Source: Syntrophorhabdaceae bacterium (lineage in GTDB: Bacteria > Desulfobacterota > Syntrophorhabdia > Syntrophorhabdales > Syntrophorhabdaceae). From it: DNA of 64,000 nucleotides. Numbering within the stretch: position 1 is the first letter of the stretch; each line of letters starts with the position of its first letter. Made by a program: the position numbers and the translations under genes. The notes under the pieces were generated by a model. It was given only the letters and a program-made list of their open reading frames with translations, did not search any database and was not told the DNA's origin. The stretch is from the NCBI GenBank assembly GCA_963665295.1, contig OY762209.1, positions 736,001 through 800,000 on the forward strand, in the 5' to 3' direction. Positions 1 to 10,478 of the stretch are shown one piece after another.

Positions 1-13
1 TCGGGGGAAGTGG

Positions 14-46
14 AAAAAAAGAAAGGGGCCCGAAGGCCCCTTTTTG
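14..46. terminator. Bidirectional intrinsic terminator after the SSS gene
   Basis: AAAGGGGCC-CGAA-GGCCCCTTT hairpin (22-43; UUCG loop on the minus strand), flanked by an A run and a T run. Confidence 0.85.
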
Positions 47-54
47 ATTCATGT

Positions 55-1614
55 TTACTTCTTTGCCGGGAACAGCTTGTCGAGGAGTTCCTTTGATGGC
101 GGCTGTGTCATAAGGCTCACGCCGAAATAAAGGACCACGCATCCACCGACCAGAATCCACTCCATGGTGCCCATGCCGAGGAGTGCGGGTTTCCGTGCAA
201 GCACTGCCCAGCCTCCCCACAGCGTGGCGATGGTGCCGTAAATTACTGTGCAGATGGCGCCCCACTTCGTCGCCCGTTTCCAGTAGTAGGAGACTGCGGT
301 GATGAAGAAGAATATGGCTCCAAGCCCCATTGCTGCCAGACCCATGAAGACTGCCAGAAGCTCCGGCGGTTTCTTCAGCGTCCAGTAGAAGGGGAGGAAG
401 AGAAAGAGGGCAATAAGGAAGTATCCGAGGTTAACCATTGACTTGTCCGATGTCTTGGGCGACCACAGTTTTATAATGTCTCTCGTCACGTTCGCGCTCA
501 TGATGAAAACCAGGGCCGAAAGTGTGCCGAGAGCAGCCCCGATGAGACCGGTGAGGTACGCGGCAAGAAGACCGGAACCACCGATAGCCCAGGAGAGCAT
601 GGGTGCGGCAAGGTCAGCGCCCCACTGCTTGTTCGCAAGCAGGTTCTGACCGAAAATTATCCTGGCCACAAGGCCGTTGCTTGAGCAGTCGAGCATGACG
701 GGAACGCCCGCCGTCAGCCAGACGATGAAGCACAAGAGGATGAATTCCCTCTTGGACAACGATTTCATGCCGAGAAACCGGCTTACGTTGTGAGGGAAAC
801 CGACTGCCATGGTGAAGAAAATAACAGGCGTCGCGGCGATACCCACCCAGCTTGAGAAGAGCTGGGTTATCCCAATTTTGGGAAGAGACGGGTTAATGAG
901 CCCGATAAGGTTCGGGTCCTGTACGAACAGGTCCTGGGTTATCTTAGTAAAACCTCCGGCATAGACGATTGCCCATATGCCGAGAAGGGCTCCCACAAAT
1001 CCAAGGAACGCACCCTTCACCGCGATGAACCACTGGGTCCCCATGTACCCGCCAAGGACAAGGAACAGCCAGGCTATACAAACGCAGATCAGAAGGCACC
1101 AGACTGCAGGGAGACCGGTAACCGCGTACCACACGGCGCCTGCCGCCTTAAGCTGGCCTACTGAGTAAATAAAGAGAAAAAAGAGCATACTCGCAGCGAC
1201 CAGTGTCTGAAGCCCTCTTGATTCAAACCTTCTACCGATGGACTCGGATATTGTGGCAGCTCCCAGTTTAACCGCGAACTCCCTTGTCTTCGTGGCAGCA
1301 AGCCACACACAGGGGATAATGCCCAATAGAGTCCAGATGCCCGCAAACCACATTCCCGAAAACCCTACCTTATAGACAACTGCCGTGGAGCCACAGAAGG
1401 CCCACCCGGAGATGTAGGAACCCGTCAGCGCTAGCCCTGTGACCCACGGTCCTATATCCCTTTTACCTACAAGGTATTCGTCGAAAGACGCCCACTGTTT
1501 CTTTGCCATGATGCCGAGAAAAATTGCTACCGCCAATAAGCAGCCGACTCCTATTACGGACCAGAAGATCATGCTTGGCGTAGGTGATGGGATGTTCAGA
1601 TATTGCGGATTCAT
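55..1614 (-). CDS. Sodium:solute symporter (SSS/PutP family)
   Basis: 519 aa polytopic membrane protein; N-terminal 'EYLVGKRDIGPWVTGLALTGSYISGWAF' and 'YWKRATKWGA' motifs typical of the SSS family. Confidence 0.88.
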   Translation of the reverse strand: MNPQYLNIPSPTPSMIFWSVIGVGCLLAVAIFLGIMAKKQWASFDEYLVGKRDIGPWVTGLALTGSYISGWAFCGSTAVVYKVGFSGMWFAGIWTLLGIIPCVWLAATKTREFAVKLGAATISESIGRRFESRGLQTLVAASMLFFLFIYSVGQLKAAGAVWYAVTGLPAVWCLLICVCIAWLFLVLGGYMGTQWFIAVKGAFLGFVGALLGIWAIVYAGGFTKITQDLFVQDPNLIGLINPSLPKIGITQLFSSWVGIAATPVIFFTMAVGFPHNVSRFLGMKSLSKREFILLCFIVWLTAGVPVMLDCSSNGLVARIIFGQNLLANKQWGADLAAPMLSWAIGGSGLLAAYLTGLIGAALGTLSALVFIMSANVTRDIIKLWSPKTSDKSMVNLGYFLIALFLFLPFYWTLKKPPELLAVFMGLAAMGLGAIFFFITAVSYYWKRATKWGAICTVIYGTIATLWGGWAVLARKPALLGMGTMEWILVGGCVVLYFGVSLMTQPPSKELLDKLFPAKK

Positions 1615-1718
1615 TTATCCCACCCCCGCGCGATCAACCATGTGCCTATTACCGTCATGAAGAACGTGCCGACCATTATTCCACCCCAAACATACCAGGC
1701 TGTCATATCAGGCTGCAT
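1611..1718 (-). CDS. 35-aa single-TM peptide, probable symporter small accessory subunit
   Basis: Not in the ORF track. Translates to MQPDMTAWYVWGGIMVGTFFMTVIGTWLIARGWDK*, has a GGAGG RBS, and overlaps the SSS start (ATGA). Confidence 0.7.
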   Translation of the reverse strand: MQPDMTAWYVWGGIMVGTFFMTVIGTWLIARGWDK

Positions 1719-2200
1719 AAATAACCTCCCCTTTTTGTTTTTTTCGCAAAAAACGAACCTGTGATCTCACCCCCTTTCTGCTTTTTATTTGATTAAACGA
1801 ACACTTCTGAAACCCAACATAGTAAAAGAGTAGTCTTTGTCGAAAATCCTTTACTATCAAAACCCCCAATCCCCCAGTGTATCTTATAGTTATGTATAGT
1901 TTTATCTCAGAAAATGTCAACAACAAAATTGAGTTCAAGGGCCTGATTTACTTCGTTATTCAAAACAAGTTGTTGATTGTATTGGAAAAATAGTACTTCT
2001 CAAATTTGTATACAGTATCAACTAATTCCTGCATCCAGCCCCGTCAAACAAGCCTAAACCCCCGTCTGAAGCCGTCAAAAGCCCACACTGTATCCAGAAA
2101 AAGAGGCGCCGGGAAGGAGCCCCAAAGGCCCGAGCCGGACGGTCTGTTACTCCCCGTCCGGTGGTGTGCTGTGCCGTGGAATGATGCGACGATGCAAGCC

Positions 2201-2326
2201 GAATCCGGTCGAAGTCTTTCGCAAATCTAGGCAACAAGCGAGAGATCCCGCAAGCGTACTATTTCGTACGCTGAGGACAGGTCTCGCGCAGGCAACGACG
2301 AGTTGCGGAAGAATCCGACCGGATTC
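2201..2326. repeat. Long imperfect palindrome (REP/MITE-like) directly after the smc stop
   Basis: GAATCCGGTCG (2201-2211) / CGACCGGATTC (2316-2326), inner TCTTTCGCAA/TTGCGGAAGA arms, central AGCGTAC...GTACGCT. Confidence 0.6.
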
Positions 2327-5300
2327 AAAGGCGAACGGAGATGATTTTGGATATACCTTCCTCTTCCATAGTCACCCCATAAATCGTATCGGAGGCTTCC
2401 ATGGTGATCCTGTTGTGGGTGATAAAGACTATCTGGGTCTTCGCACTCATTCCCCTTACGATCTCCATGAGGGACATGAGGTTCGCGTCGTCGAGGGGCG
2501 CGTCGATTTCATCCATGAGCACGAAAGGGCTCGGTCTCGTATCGATGAGAGACAGAAGAAACGAGAGGGAGATGAGGGCCTTCTCGCCGCCTGAAAGCTG
2601 CTCCATCCTCGCCACTTTCTTTCCCGGGGGCTGGACGTACATGTCGATCCCGTCGGTCTCATGATTGTAGTGGAGATAGCCCTTGCCCCCTTTGAACAGG
2701 GTCTCCGTGAACCGTTTGAAGGCGGTGTTCACCGTTTCAAAGGTCTCGAAGAAGATCTCCTTCGTCACGTTCTCGATTTTTGCGATGGTCTTCTTCAGGG
2801 AATCGGCGGCGTTCTTCAGGTCTTCCTTCTGCTGTTCCAGGAAGGATATTCTTTCCTTCAGTTCGAGGTACTCTTTCTCGGCCCGGAAATTGACCTCTCC
2901 GATGGCCTCGATTTCCTTCGTGATCTTTTCCCGCTCCGTCTCGAAATCGGTGCCCCCGGGCGTGTTGAGGTCCGCCGGGTCCTCTATGCCGTGGCCGTCT
3001 TTCAATCTCTCGTCCACGATGTTTCTCTTTTCCATGAGCACGAGTATCTCTTTTTCCACGCCATCGGTCCTCGCCCTTATCCGTCCCATTTCTTTGGACA
3101 GGGCCTCGCTCTTCTCCTCGAGGGCGCTCCTTTCCATGTGGATGTTCCCCGAGGTCGCCTTCAGTTCCTCGTACCGGTGGACCTGCTTTTCCAGGGCCTC
3201 CTTCAGGTCGAGGTATCCCTGCTCCAGGGCCGCCTTCTTTTCCGTCCTCTCTCCTGCCCGGGCCCCTGCTTCCTCCACCCTTTTCAGGATGTGGGTTTTC
3301 TCGTTGGCCAGGTTTCCCGCAAGGGATTTCTTCCTTTCCCCTTCCTGGACGAGGGACCTGATGAGGTTCTTCTTTCTCTCGATGCCGAGGCTCGCCTGAT
3401 GCCACCCCGAGAGGGTATCGTCATGCACCTTTTTTACGGAATCGACCTTTTCCTTCAGGGATGCCATGGCCTTCTCGATTTTTTCCTTTTCGGCCCCGTG
3501 CACCGCCTGGTCGGCGAGAAGCTCCTCCCTGGAAGGTCCGGCCGTTGCCTCATCATGGAAATCGACCTTCGTTTCAAGCTCGTAAAGTCGCTCCCTCACG
3601 GTCCTCAGCTCCGTTTCTATGGCTACCGCCTCCCGTTCGAGGCCGTGAATCCTTTTCTCCTTCCCTTCCCTTCTTGCCGTCGCGTCCCTCAGGCGCGTCT
3701 CCGACCGGGCCCGGCCCGCCTCGACGTCTTTCAGTGTGGCCGACTCTGCGTCCAGGGTCCCGGTAATCTCCTTCAATTCCTTTTCGGCCTTGACCCTCTC
3801 CCTGTAGCTCTTGAGATCGACCTTTTTCGCCTCTTTCTCTCTGAGGATAAAGCCCCTCGAATCGACGCACGCGCCATTATTGATGAATATGCCGTGCTCG
3901 CCCCCGTGTATCCGGTGGAGGGCCTCTTCCACGGTCTCCACCCATTTTACTTCCATGCGGATATCGTGTTCATTGCGCCTGAATATGCCCTGGGGCGGGA
4001 AAAAGATGTAGTTGCCCTCATGTTTCCCCACTGCCCCGGCGATGGCTCCCACGTCGTTTTCCGTGAGCACGTAATATTCCATTTCCTTGAAGAAGAAACG
4101 TTCGAGGGCCTTCTCCGCGTTCTCCGCGACCCTTACCACATCGATGAGCTTGCTCCTGTTGAGGGGGTTTTCTTCCCGCACACCCTGAAGGCTTCGCATC
4201 TGGCGTATGAATTCCTCTTTCCCTCTTCTGGCGCCTTTCAGTTGCTCGATCCTGTTCCTCTTCTGCTGGAACGCGGCAAGGGCCTCCTCCTTTTCCTTGA
4301 GGGCGGACTGCTCCTCCAACGCGATGGCCTGTCTTTCACTTCTCTCCTTTTCGAGGGTTTCTTTCAGCGCCCCGTGTTTGTCCTCCAGGGCCTCCAGCTT
4401 CTCCCCGAGCCTCGCGAGCTCGGCTTGCCTTCTTTCTTCTCTCTTCTTTCTTTCAGTCTCTATGCGCTCTATTTCGGCAAGACCGTTCTTTATCTCCGTG
4501 AGCCTGCTCATGGAGACGAAAAGGGTGACCCGCTCTTCTTCTATCTTCTTCTGCAGTCCCTCAAGCTCTTCCTTCAACGCCGAGACTGCGCCTTTTATGC
4601 GACCTTCCTCATCTTCTTCCTTTTTTAAGAGCCCTTCTTCCTCCGCTTTCTTCACTTCCAGGGCGCTCGCCTCGCGGCCGAGGCCCGCAATCCGGCCTTC
4701 GAGGTCCGCCTTCTGCTTCATCAGTTGGGCCTTCTCGGCCATGAGCCTCGTTTCCTCTTCTTTCAGGTACTCTATTTCGAGGAGCCTCGCCTCCATGTCC
4801 TTTTCCTGGCCCTTTATATCGACCTCAAGCTTTCTCACCGCCTGATCGACGAGAGAAAATTCCTCTTCCTTCAACTCCTGCTCGGCCTTGAGGTTCCTCG
4901 CTTCTTCCTCCTTCTTGTCCATCTCCTTCTTAAGGTCGATCCCACGCTCCTCAACCTTGCCGATCCTCTTCGTGAGCTTCTGGAACCCGTCCACGAGTAT
5001 CCACTTTTCGACCTCGCTCAACCGTTCCGCAAGGACCCGGTATTCCTTCCACCTTTCCCATTCCTGCTCGGCCTTTTCGAAGCCCTTCCCTACCTCGCGG
5101 TATACGTCCTCCACCCTCTCCAGGTTGAGGGCCACCTCTTCAAGGCGCGTGCCCGCGTCTCTCTTCTTTTCCTCGAACCGTGTGACCCCGCTCGTCTCCT
5201 CGACGACGATCTTTCTCTCCTGGGGCTTCATCTGGATGAAATATTCGATCTTTCCCTGTTCTATTATGGCGTAGGAGTTCGTGCCGATGCCCGTGCCTAG

Positions 5301-5663
5301 GAAGAAATCCAGCACGTCCTTGAGCCTCACCACCCGGCCGTTGAGATAGTATTCGTTGATGCCGTCCCTGTAGATGCGCCGCTTGACTGCGGTCTCCACG
5401 CCGTCGTCAACGAACTCGATGGCCACTTCTCCCACGTTCACGGGTCTTTTCCCGTTGCTGCCGTGGAAGATCACGTCGCCCATGTCCTTGATTCTCAGGG
5501 ATTTGGTGCCCCTCTCTCCCAAGGCCCACACCACGGCGTCGACTACGTTGCTCTTGCCGCAGCCGTTGGGACCCACGATAGACGTAACACCTTCTGCGAA
5601 ATTGAATACGGTTCTGTTGAGAAAGGATTTGAAGCCGAAAAGCTCCAGCCTTGAAAGTCTCAT
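2325..5663 (-). CDS. smc: Chromosome segregation protein SMC
   Basis: FGFKSF, Walker A GPNGCGKSN, long coiled coils, LSGGE signature, MDEIDAPLD, ITH. Confidence 0.95.
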   Translation of the reverse strand: MRLSRLELFGFKSFLNRTVFNFAEGVTSIVGPNGCGKSNVVDAVVWALGERGTKSLRIKDMGDVIFHGSNGKRPVNVGEVAIEFVDDGVETAVKRRIYRDGINEYYLNGRVVRLKDVLDFFLGTGIGTNSYAIIEQGKIEYFIQMKPQERKIVVEETSGVTRFEEKKRDAGTRLEEVALNLERVEDVYREVGKGFEKAEQEWERWKEYRVLAERLSEVEKWILVDGFQKLTKRIGKVEERGIDLKKEMDKKEEEARNLKAEQELKEEEFSLVDQAVRKLEVDIKGQEKDMEARLLEIEYLKEEETRLMAEKAQLMKQKADLEGRIAGLGREASALEVKKAEEEGLLKKEEDEEGRIKGAVSALKEELEGLQKKIEEERVTLFVSMSRLTEIKNGLAEIERIETERKKREERRQAELARLGEKLEALEDKHGALKETLEKERSERQAIALEEQSALKEKEEALAAFQQKRNRIEQLKGARRGKEEFIRQMRSLQGVREENPLNRSKLIDVVRVAENAEKALERFFFKEMEYYVLTENDVGAIAGAVGKHEGNYIFFPPQGIFRRNEHDIRMEVKWVETVEEALHRIHGGEHGIFINNGACVDSRGFILREKEAKKVDLKSYRERVKAEKELKEITGTLDAESATLKDVEAGRARSETRLRDATARREGKEKRIHGLEREAVAIETELRTVRERLYELETKVDFHDEATAGPSREELLADQAVHGAEKEKIEKAMASLKEKVDSVKKVHDDTLSGWHQASLGIERKKNLIRSLVQEGERKKSLAGNLANEKTHILKRVEEAGARAGERTEKKAALEQGYLDLKEALEKQVHRYEELKATSGNIHMERSALEEKSEALSKEMGRIRARTDGVEKEILVLMEKRNIVDERLKDGHGIEDPADLNTPGGTDFETEREKITKEIEAIGEVNFRAEKEYLELKERISFLEQQKEDLKNAADSLKKTIAKIENVTKEIFFETFETVNTAFKRFTETLFKGGKGYLHYNHETDGIDMYVQPPGKKVARMEQLSGGEKALISLSFLLSLIDTRPSPFVLMDEIDAPLDDANLMSLMEIVRGMSAKTQIVFITHNRITMEASDTIYGVTMEEEGISKIISVRL

Positions 5664-7057
5664 TTAATCGAGTCTATTGCCTCGCGTATGCGCTTTTCCA
5701 CGGCCTCTTTTCCCAGAATGGCGATAACCTCGAATATGCCGGGGCTCACGGTCCTGCCTGTCAGGGCGACCCTGATGGGCTGGGCCACGCCCACGAGTTT
5801 CTTGTTCTCTTCTTTGGCGATCCGTTCCACGAGGATCCGCTGCTCTTCCACGTCGAGGGACGGGAGGGCCTCGAACCCGGCAAGGAAGCTCACAAGAACG
5901 GGCTTCGTTTCCGCGGTGAGGAACTTGGCCTTTGCCGCCTCGTCGTACTCCACCTTATCGGTAAAATAGATCGAGGCCATCCCCGCCATCTCCTTCAGGG
6001 TCTTTGCCCTTTCCTTGAGGTTGGCCACCACGGATATAAGCTTGGCCCGATCGGCCTGTACATCGATCCCCATTTCCCTGAGGAAGGGCGTGAGTCTCTC
6101 CGCCACGGTAGCTTCGGGCAGGGTCTTCATATAGTGGCCGTTGAGCCAGGTAAGTTTGTCCATGTCAAAGATCGACGGCGACTTGCCCACGTTCCCGAGA
6201 TCGAAAAACTCCATCATCTCTTCCCGGGAGAATATCTCCTGGTCCCCGTAAGCCCAGCCGAGTCTCGCCAGATAGTTCATGAAGGCCTCCGGATGAAACC
6301 CGTCGTCCTTGTAGTCGATAAGGTTCGTCGCCCCGTGCCTCTTCGAGAGCCTGGCTTTGTCCTTACCGTGGATAAGGGGCATGTGGCCGAAACGAGGTAT
6401 GGGGTATCCCAGGGCCTCGTAGATCACGATCTGCCTCGGGGTGTTGTTGATGTGGTCATCGCCCCTCAGAATATGGGTAATCCCCATAAGGGCGTCGTCC
6501 ACCACCACGGTAAAGTTGTAGGTGGGCGTGTTGTCGGTCCGGAAGATCACGAGGTCGTCAAGCTCCTCCGCCTGAAAGCTGATCGGTCCCCGGATAAGGT
6601 CATCAAAGGTGATCGTGCCCGTTATGGGCGTTTTAAAGCGTATCACAAAGGGCCTGCCGTCATCCGGCGACGGGGCCGCATCCCTGCACGTCCTGTCATA
6701 GGCGGGTTTCTTCCCCTGTCCCATGGCGATCTTCCGTTTTTCCTCAAGCTCCTCCGACGTGCAGTAACACTTGTAGGCGCGGCCTTCGTCAAGAAGCTTG
6801 TACGCAAGCTCCCTGTAGAGGTCCATTCTGTCTTTCTGATAATATGGTCCCTCGTCCCAGTCGATGCCGAGCCATTCCATGCCGTCCAGAATGGCCTTCA
6901 CATACTCATCTTTCGACCTCTCCACATCCGTATCTTCTATCCGGAGCACGAAGACCCCCTTGTTGTGCCGGGCAAAAAGCCAGTTGAAAAGGGCCGTTCT
7001 CGCCCCCCCTATGTGGAGATTTCCTGTGGGACTCGGTGCAAACCTTGTTTTAACCAT
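5660..7057 (-). CDS. gltX: Glutamate--tRNA ligase
   Basis: RFAPSPTG..HIGG, RIEDTD, LSKR (KMSKS-like) motifs. Confidence 0.96.
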   Translation of the reverse strand: MVKTRFAPSPTGNLHIGGARTALFNWLFARHNKGVFVLRIEDTDVERSKDEYVKAILDGMEWLGIDWDEGPYYQKDRMDLYRELAYKLLDEGRAYKCYCTSEELEEKRKIAMGQGKKPAYDRTCRDAAPSPDDGRPFVIRFKTPITGTITFDDLIRGPISFQAEELDDLVIFRTDNTPTYNFTVVVDDALMGITHILRGDDHINNTPRQIVIYEALGYPIPRFGHMPLIHGKDKARLSKRHGATNLIDYKDDGFHPEAFMNYLARLGWAYGDQEIFSREEMMEFFDLGNVGKSPSIFDMDKLTWLNGHYMKTLPEATVAERLTPFLREMGIDVQADRAKLISVVANLKERAKTLKEMAGMASIYFTDKVEYDEAAKAKFLTAETKPVLVSFLAGFEALPSLDVEEQRILVERIAKEENKKLVGVAQPIRVALTGRTVSPGIFEVIAILGKEAVEKRIREAIDSIK

Positions 7058-7411
7058 AATTATTCCCTCCGATCAGACTCCTGTGATTATAATCCGAAAA
7101 CAGCGGATAATTCAATGATTAAGGTCCCGGCCCCCTTTGCAGGGAACCGGCGCGGCAGGTCCCGGCCCGCCCCCCAATTATACTACCGCCCCGATCCTTT
7201 CAAACCGATCCCCCGGTAGCGCCGCGCCCGGAAAGCGGGCATGGGTGGCTATGGACCTGTCAACCAGAATCGCGGACCTTTCCTCCCGGCCGCTTTCCGG
7301 TATTATCATTGAATAAACGGTTCTTGTGTGATAGAAATAAGTGAGATAGATAGAGGTTATAATGAAATGCCGCGACACACTCACAGGAATAAATCAAGGC
7401 GGGTATAAGAG

Positions 7412-8803
7412 ATGAACCAACTTCTCCGGAAGATACCGAAAGTCGACGAAGTGCTCAAGGCCCCGGGATGGGCCGAACTGGTGGATACCTATCCGGAAAT
7501 CCCGGCCAAGGAAGCTCTCAGGACCTTTCTCGACCAGCTCCGGTCCGGCATACGGGAGGGCACGGTCGCCTCGATCCCCCCGATAGACGCCATCGTCGGA
7601 GAGGTCCGCCGGATGGTCGTTCGCGAGACGTCACCCTCTTTGAAAAGGGTCATCAACGGCACGGGCGTCATCATCCATACGAACCTCGGAAGGTCCCTCC
7701 TTGCCCGGGAAGCGGTGGAAGCCATTACCAACGCGGCCACAAATTACGTGAACCTCGAATATGACCTCGGCGAAGGGACAAGGGGCAACAGGTACGAGCA
7801 TTGCACCTCCGTGCTGAAGAAACTCACGGGCTGCGAGAGCGCCCTCGTGGTGAACAACAACGCAGGAGCCGTTTTCCTCGTGCTCAACACCCTGGCCGAA
7901 GGCAAAAAGGTCATCATTTCGAGAGGTGAACTCGTTGAAATCGGGGGCTCTTTCAGGATCCCCGACGTGATGAAGAAGAGCGGCGCCATACTCACCGAAG
8001 TGGGCACCACCAACAGGACCTACAAGCAGGACTATGAGCGCGCCATGGGCGAAGGGGCCGGTCTTCTTATGAAGGCCCATACCAGCAACTACAGGATCAA
8101 GGGCTTCGTCCGGGAGATCCTTGTGGAAGAACTGGTCGCCCTCGGGAGGGATTACAGCGTCCCCACCTATTTCGACGCGGGAAGCGGGCTTCTCTTCTCC
8201 ATGAGCGGGTTGAGTTCTCACGATGAGCCCGTTATCGTGGAAGACCTCGCGAAAGGCATCGATATTATTTCCTTCAGCGGCGACAAGCTGCCGGGCGCAC
8301 CACAGGCAGGCATCATAGTGGGCAAGACGGAATACATCGACGCCATGAAGAGGAACCCCCTTGCGCGGGCCTTAAGGGCCGACAAACTCACCCTCGCCGG
8401 GCTCGAAGCCACCCTGCTCCTCTACCTCGACGAAAAGAAAGCGAAAACCGCCATACCTACCCTCAAAATGCTCTTTGAAGACAAGGAAGCGCTGAAGAAG
8501 AAAGCCGTCCGCATGGTGCGGATATTGAAAGGCCACTCCCCCGACTGCGCGGTGTCCGTCGCAGAGATGGCTTCCGAGGTGGGAGGCGGGACCATGCCCG
8601 ATGTGTCCATACCCTCCTTCGGCATTACCCTGAAACCTGCCCGGCTGAGCGCCCGGCAGTTCGAGGAGCGGCTGAGACGGCTCGAAATCCCCGTTATCGG
8701 CCGGATCGAAAAAGACGCTTTTCTTATCGATATGAGAACTATCCGGAAAAGCGACGAAGAGGCACTTATCTCCGGGATCGAAACCGCCCTCGCGAATGAA
8801 TAA
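7412..8803 (+). CDS. selA: L-seryl-tRNA(Sec) selenium transferase
   Basis: VINGTGVIIHTNLGRS, VNNNAGA, ISRGELVEIGGSFRIP, FSGDKL (PLP lysine). Confidence 0.95.
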   Translation: MNQLLRKIPKVDEVLKAPGWAELVDTYPEIPAKEALRTFLDQLRSGIREGTVASIPPIDAIVGEVRRMVVRETSPSLKRVINGTGVIIHTNLGRSLLAREAVEAITNAATNYVNLEYDLGEGTRGNRYEHCTSVLKKLTGCESALVVNNNAGAVFLVLNTLAEGKKVIISRGELVEIGGSFRIPDVMKKSGAILTEVGTTNRTYKQDYERAMGEGAGLLMKAHTSNYRIKGFVREILVEELVALGRDYSVPTYFDAGSGLLFSMSGLSSHDEPVIVEDLAKGIDIISFSGDKLPGAPQAGIIVGKTEYIDAMKRNPLARALRADKLTLAGLEATLLLYLDEKKAKTAIPTLKMLFEDKEALKKKAVRMVRILKGHSPDCAVSVAEMASEVGGGTMPDVSIPSFGITLKPARLSARQFEERLRRLEIPVIGRIEKDAFLIDMRTIRKSDEEALISGIETALANE

Positions 8804-9758
8804 GAAGTTCAGTATCATCGTTGACGAGACCGGCAAACGGCTCGACCTCTTTCTCTCCGAAAGGCTCTCCCTCACGAGGACAAAGGTGAAGGCCATGATA
8901 GAAGGGGGGCATGTGCTCCTCGACGGCAAAGCGCCCAAACCTTCCGCCAAACTCAGAAGCGGCGCCGGCCTCACGGGTGAGATACCCGCGGAGGAACCCC
9001 TCTCCCTCACTCCCGAGGCCATACCCCTCGACGTGCTCTATGAAGACGAGCATATCCTCGCGGTCAACAAACCCGGGGACATGGTGGTGCACCCCTCCTT
9101 CGGCCACAAAGGGGGCACCCTGGTGAACGCCATTCTCGCGTATCTCGGTGAAGCCCGCTCCGCAATCACCGGCCCGGCGACGGCAAGGGAAGATCTTCCA
9201 CCGGACTCCTCCGCGTCCACGGCGCCGGAGTGGCCGAGACCGGGCATCGTGCACCGCCTCGACAAGGGCACCACGGGGGTTATCCTTATTGCGAAGAATA
9301 CGAAGACCCAGGAGACGCTCTCCTCCCTCTTCAAAGACCGCGCCGTGAGAAAGACTTACAGGGCCGTGGTCGAGGGCACAGTGAAGAACAACGAGGGGAC
9401 CATAGAGGGCCGGATAGGCCGGCACCCGGTGGAGAGGAAAAAGATGGCGGTAGTGAAGGAACGGGGCAGAGAGGCGACGACGGGCTACAAGGTCTTAAAG
9501 AGGCTCAAGGATTTCACTTACGTGGAGGCATACCCCAAAACGGGAAGGACCCACCAGATCAGGGTGCACCTCGCCCACATAGGCCACCCCATCGTGGGAG
9601 ACGACGCGTACGGGAAGAAGGCCCGTAACCTCGCGTCACGACCCCTTCTCCACGCATACGCCATCACCTTCAACCACCCCGTGAACGGGAAAGGGGTCGC
9701 CATCACCGCCCCCGTGCCGGAGGACATATTGGAGTTCATTGCCGCCCATGAAATTTGA
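8796..9758 (+). CDS. rluD: RluD-family pseudouridine synthase
   Basis: N-terminal S4 domain (RLDLFL), NKPGDMVVHP, GIVHRLDKGTTG, TGRTHQIRVH. Confidence 0.92.
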   Translation: MNKKFSIIVDETGKRLDLFLSERLSLTRTKVKAMIEGGHVLLDGKAPKPSAKLRSGAGLTGEIPAEEPLSLTPEAIPLDVLYEDEHILAVNKPGDMVVHPSFGHKGGTLVNAILAYLGEARSAITGPATAREDLPPDSSASTAPEWPRPGIVHRLDKGTTGVILIAKNTKTQETLSSLFKDRAVRKTYRAVVEGTVKNNEGTIEGRIGRHPVERKKMAVVKERGREATTGYKVLKRLKDFTYVEAYPKTGRTHQIRVHLAHIGHPIVGDDAYGKKARNLASRPLLHAYAITFNHPVNGKGVAITAPVPEDILEFIAAHEI

Positions 9759-10455
9759 GCTGAGAAAAAAAGGCGACTGGTCCTACTATTATATGCCCTG
9801 GCTCGAGCAAAGGGGCATTGCCCACGGCTTCTTTACCGGCCTTACCCCTTCCCACAGGATGGAGGGGCAACAGAGGCAGGACTTCCTCGATGCCTTCTCC
9901 CTTCGGGATCTGGTGATCATGGCCCAGGAGCACGGCGACCGGGTCCACGTGGTGGAAAAGGGCGAACGCCCGACCTCCGGCGACGGCATCATCCTCCGGG
10001 AAAAAGGGGTGGCCGGCATCATCAAGACGGCGGATTGCCTTCCCGTCATATTGGCCGAACCCGACCATCCCATGGTGGCCGTGGTCCACGCGGGGTGGCG
10101 CGGCACGGCGCTCAGGATCGTGGGAAAGGCCGTGGCGCGCATGGCGGAACTCGGGGTGGAGAGGAAGAAGATCGTAGCCCTTTTGGGCCCCGCCATAGGA
10201 CCGTGCTGCTATGAGATACAAAAGGACGTGAGAGACATCTTTATCAGAGAAGGATTCTCCTCAAGGGTTGTTCGTGAGGAAAAGGGTCGCCTCACCCTCG
10301 ACATAAAGGAGGCAAATAGGGAGGCCCTGGGGGCGGAAGGAGTGGAGACCATATTCGACGCGGGCCTCTGCACGCTTTGCACGGGCGGCCTCTTTCATTC
10401 CTTTCGAGGGGGCGAGCCGGACAAGCGGCAGATAAACTTTGTCTCTCTTCCGTGA
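9748..10455 (+). CDS. pgeF: PgeF/YfiH (laccase-domain) protein
   Basis: QEHGD, TADCLPV, HAGWRG, GPAIGPCCYE, CTLC...HSFR; usual position after rluD; ATG at 9748 preferred as start. Confidence 0.9.
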   Translation: MKFELRKKGDWSYYYMPWLEQRGIAHGFFTGLTPSHRMEGQQRQDFLDAFSLRDLVIMAQEHGDRVHVVEKGERPTSGDGIILREKGVAGIIKTADCLPVILAEPDHPMVAVVHAGWRGTALRIVGKAVARMAELGVERKKIVALLGPAIGPCCYEIQKDVRDIFIREGFSSRVVREEKGRLTLDIKEANREALGAEGVETIFDAGLCTLCTGGLFHSFRGGEPDKRQINFVSLP

Positions 10456-10478
10456 TAGAGGTATAATTATAGGGAATT

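Noticed and set aside
2100..2180. Possible tRNA-Sec or SRP RNA, given selA nearby
   Set aside because: No T-loop, TCA anticodon arm or SRP domain IV motif found
2661..7219. Long plus-strand ORFs (655 aa, 522 aa and others)
   Set aside because: Antisense shadows of smc and gltX caused by GC-rich codon bias
7120..7260. GC-rich hairpins and a repeated GGTCCCGGCCC between gltX and selA
   Set aside because: Short; cannot be assigned to any RNA family by eye
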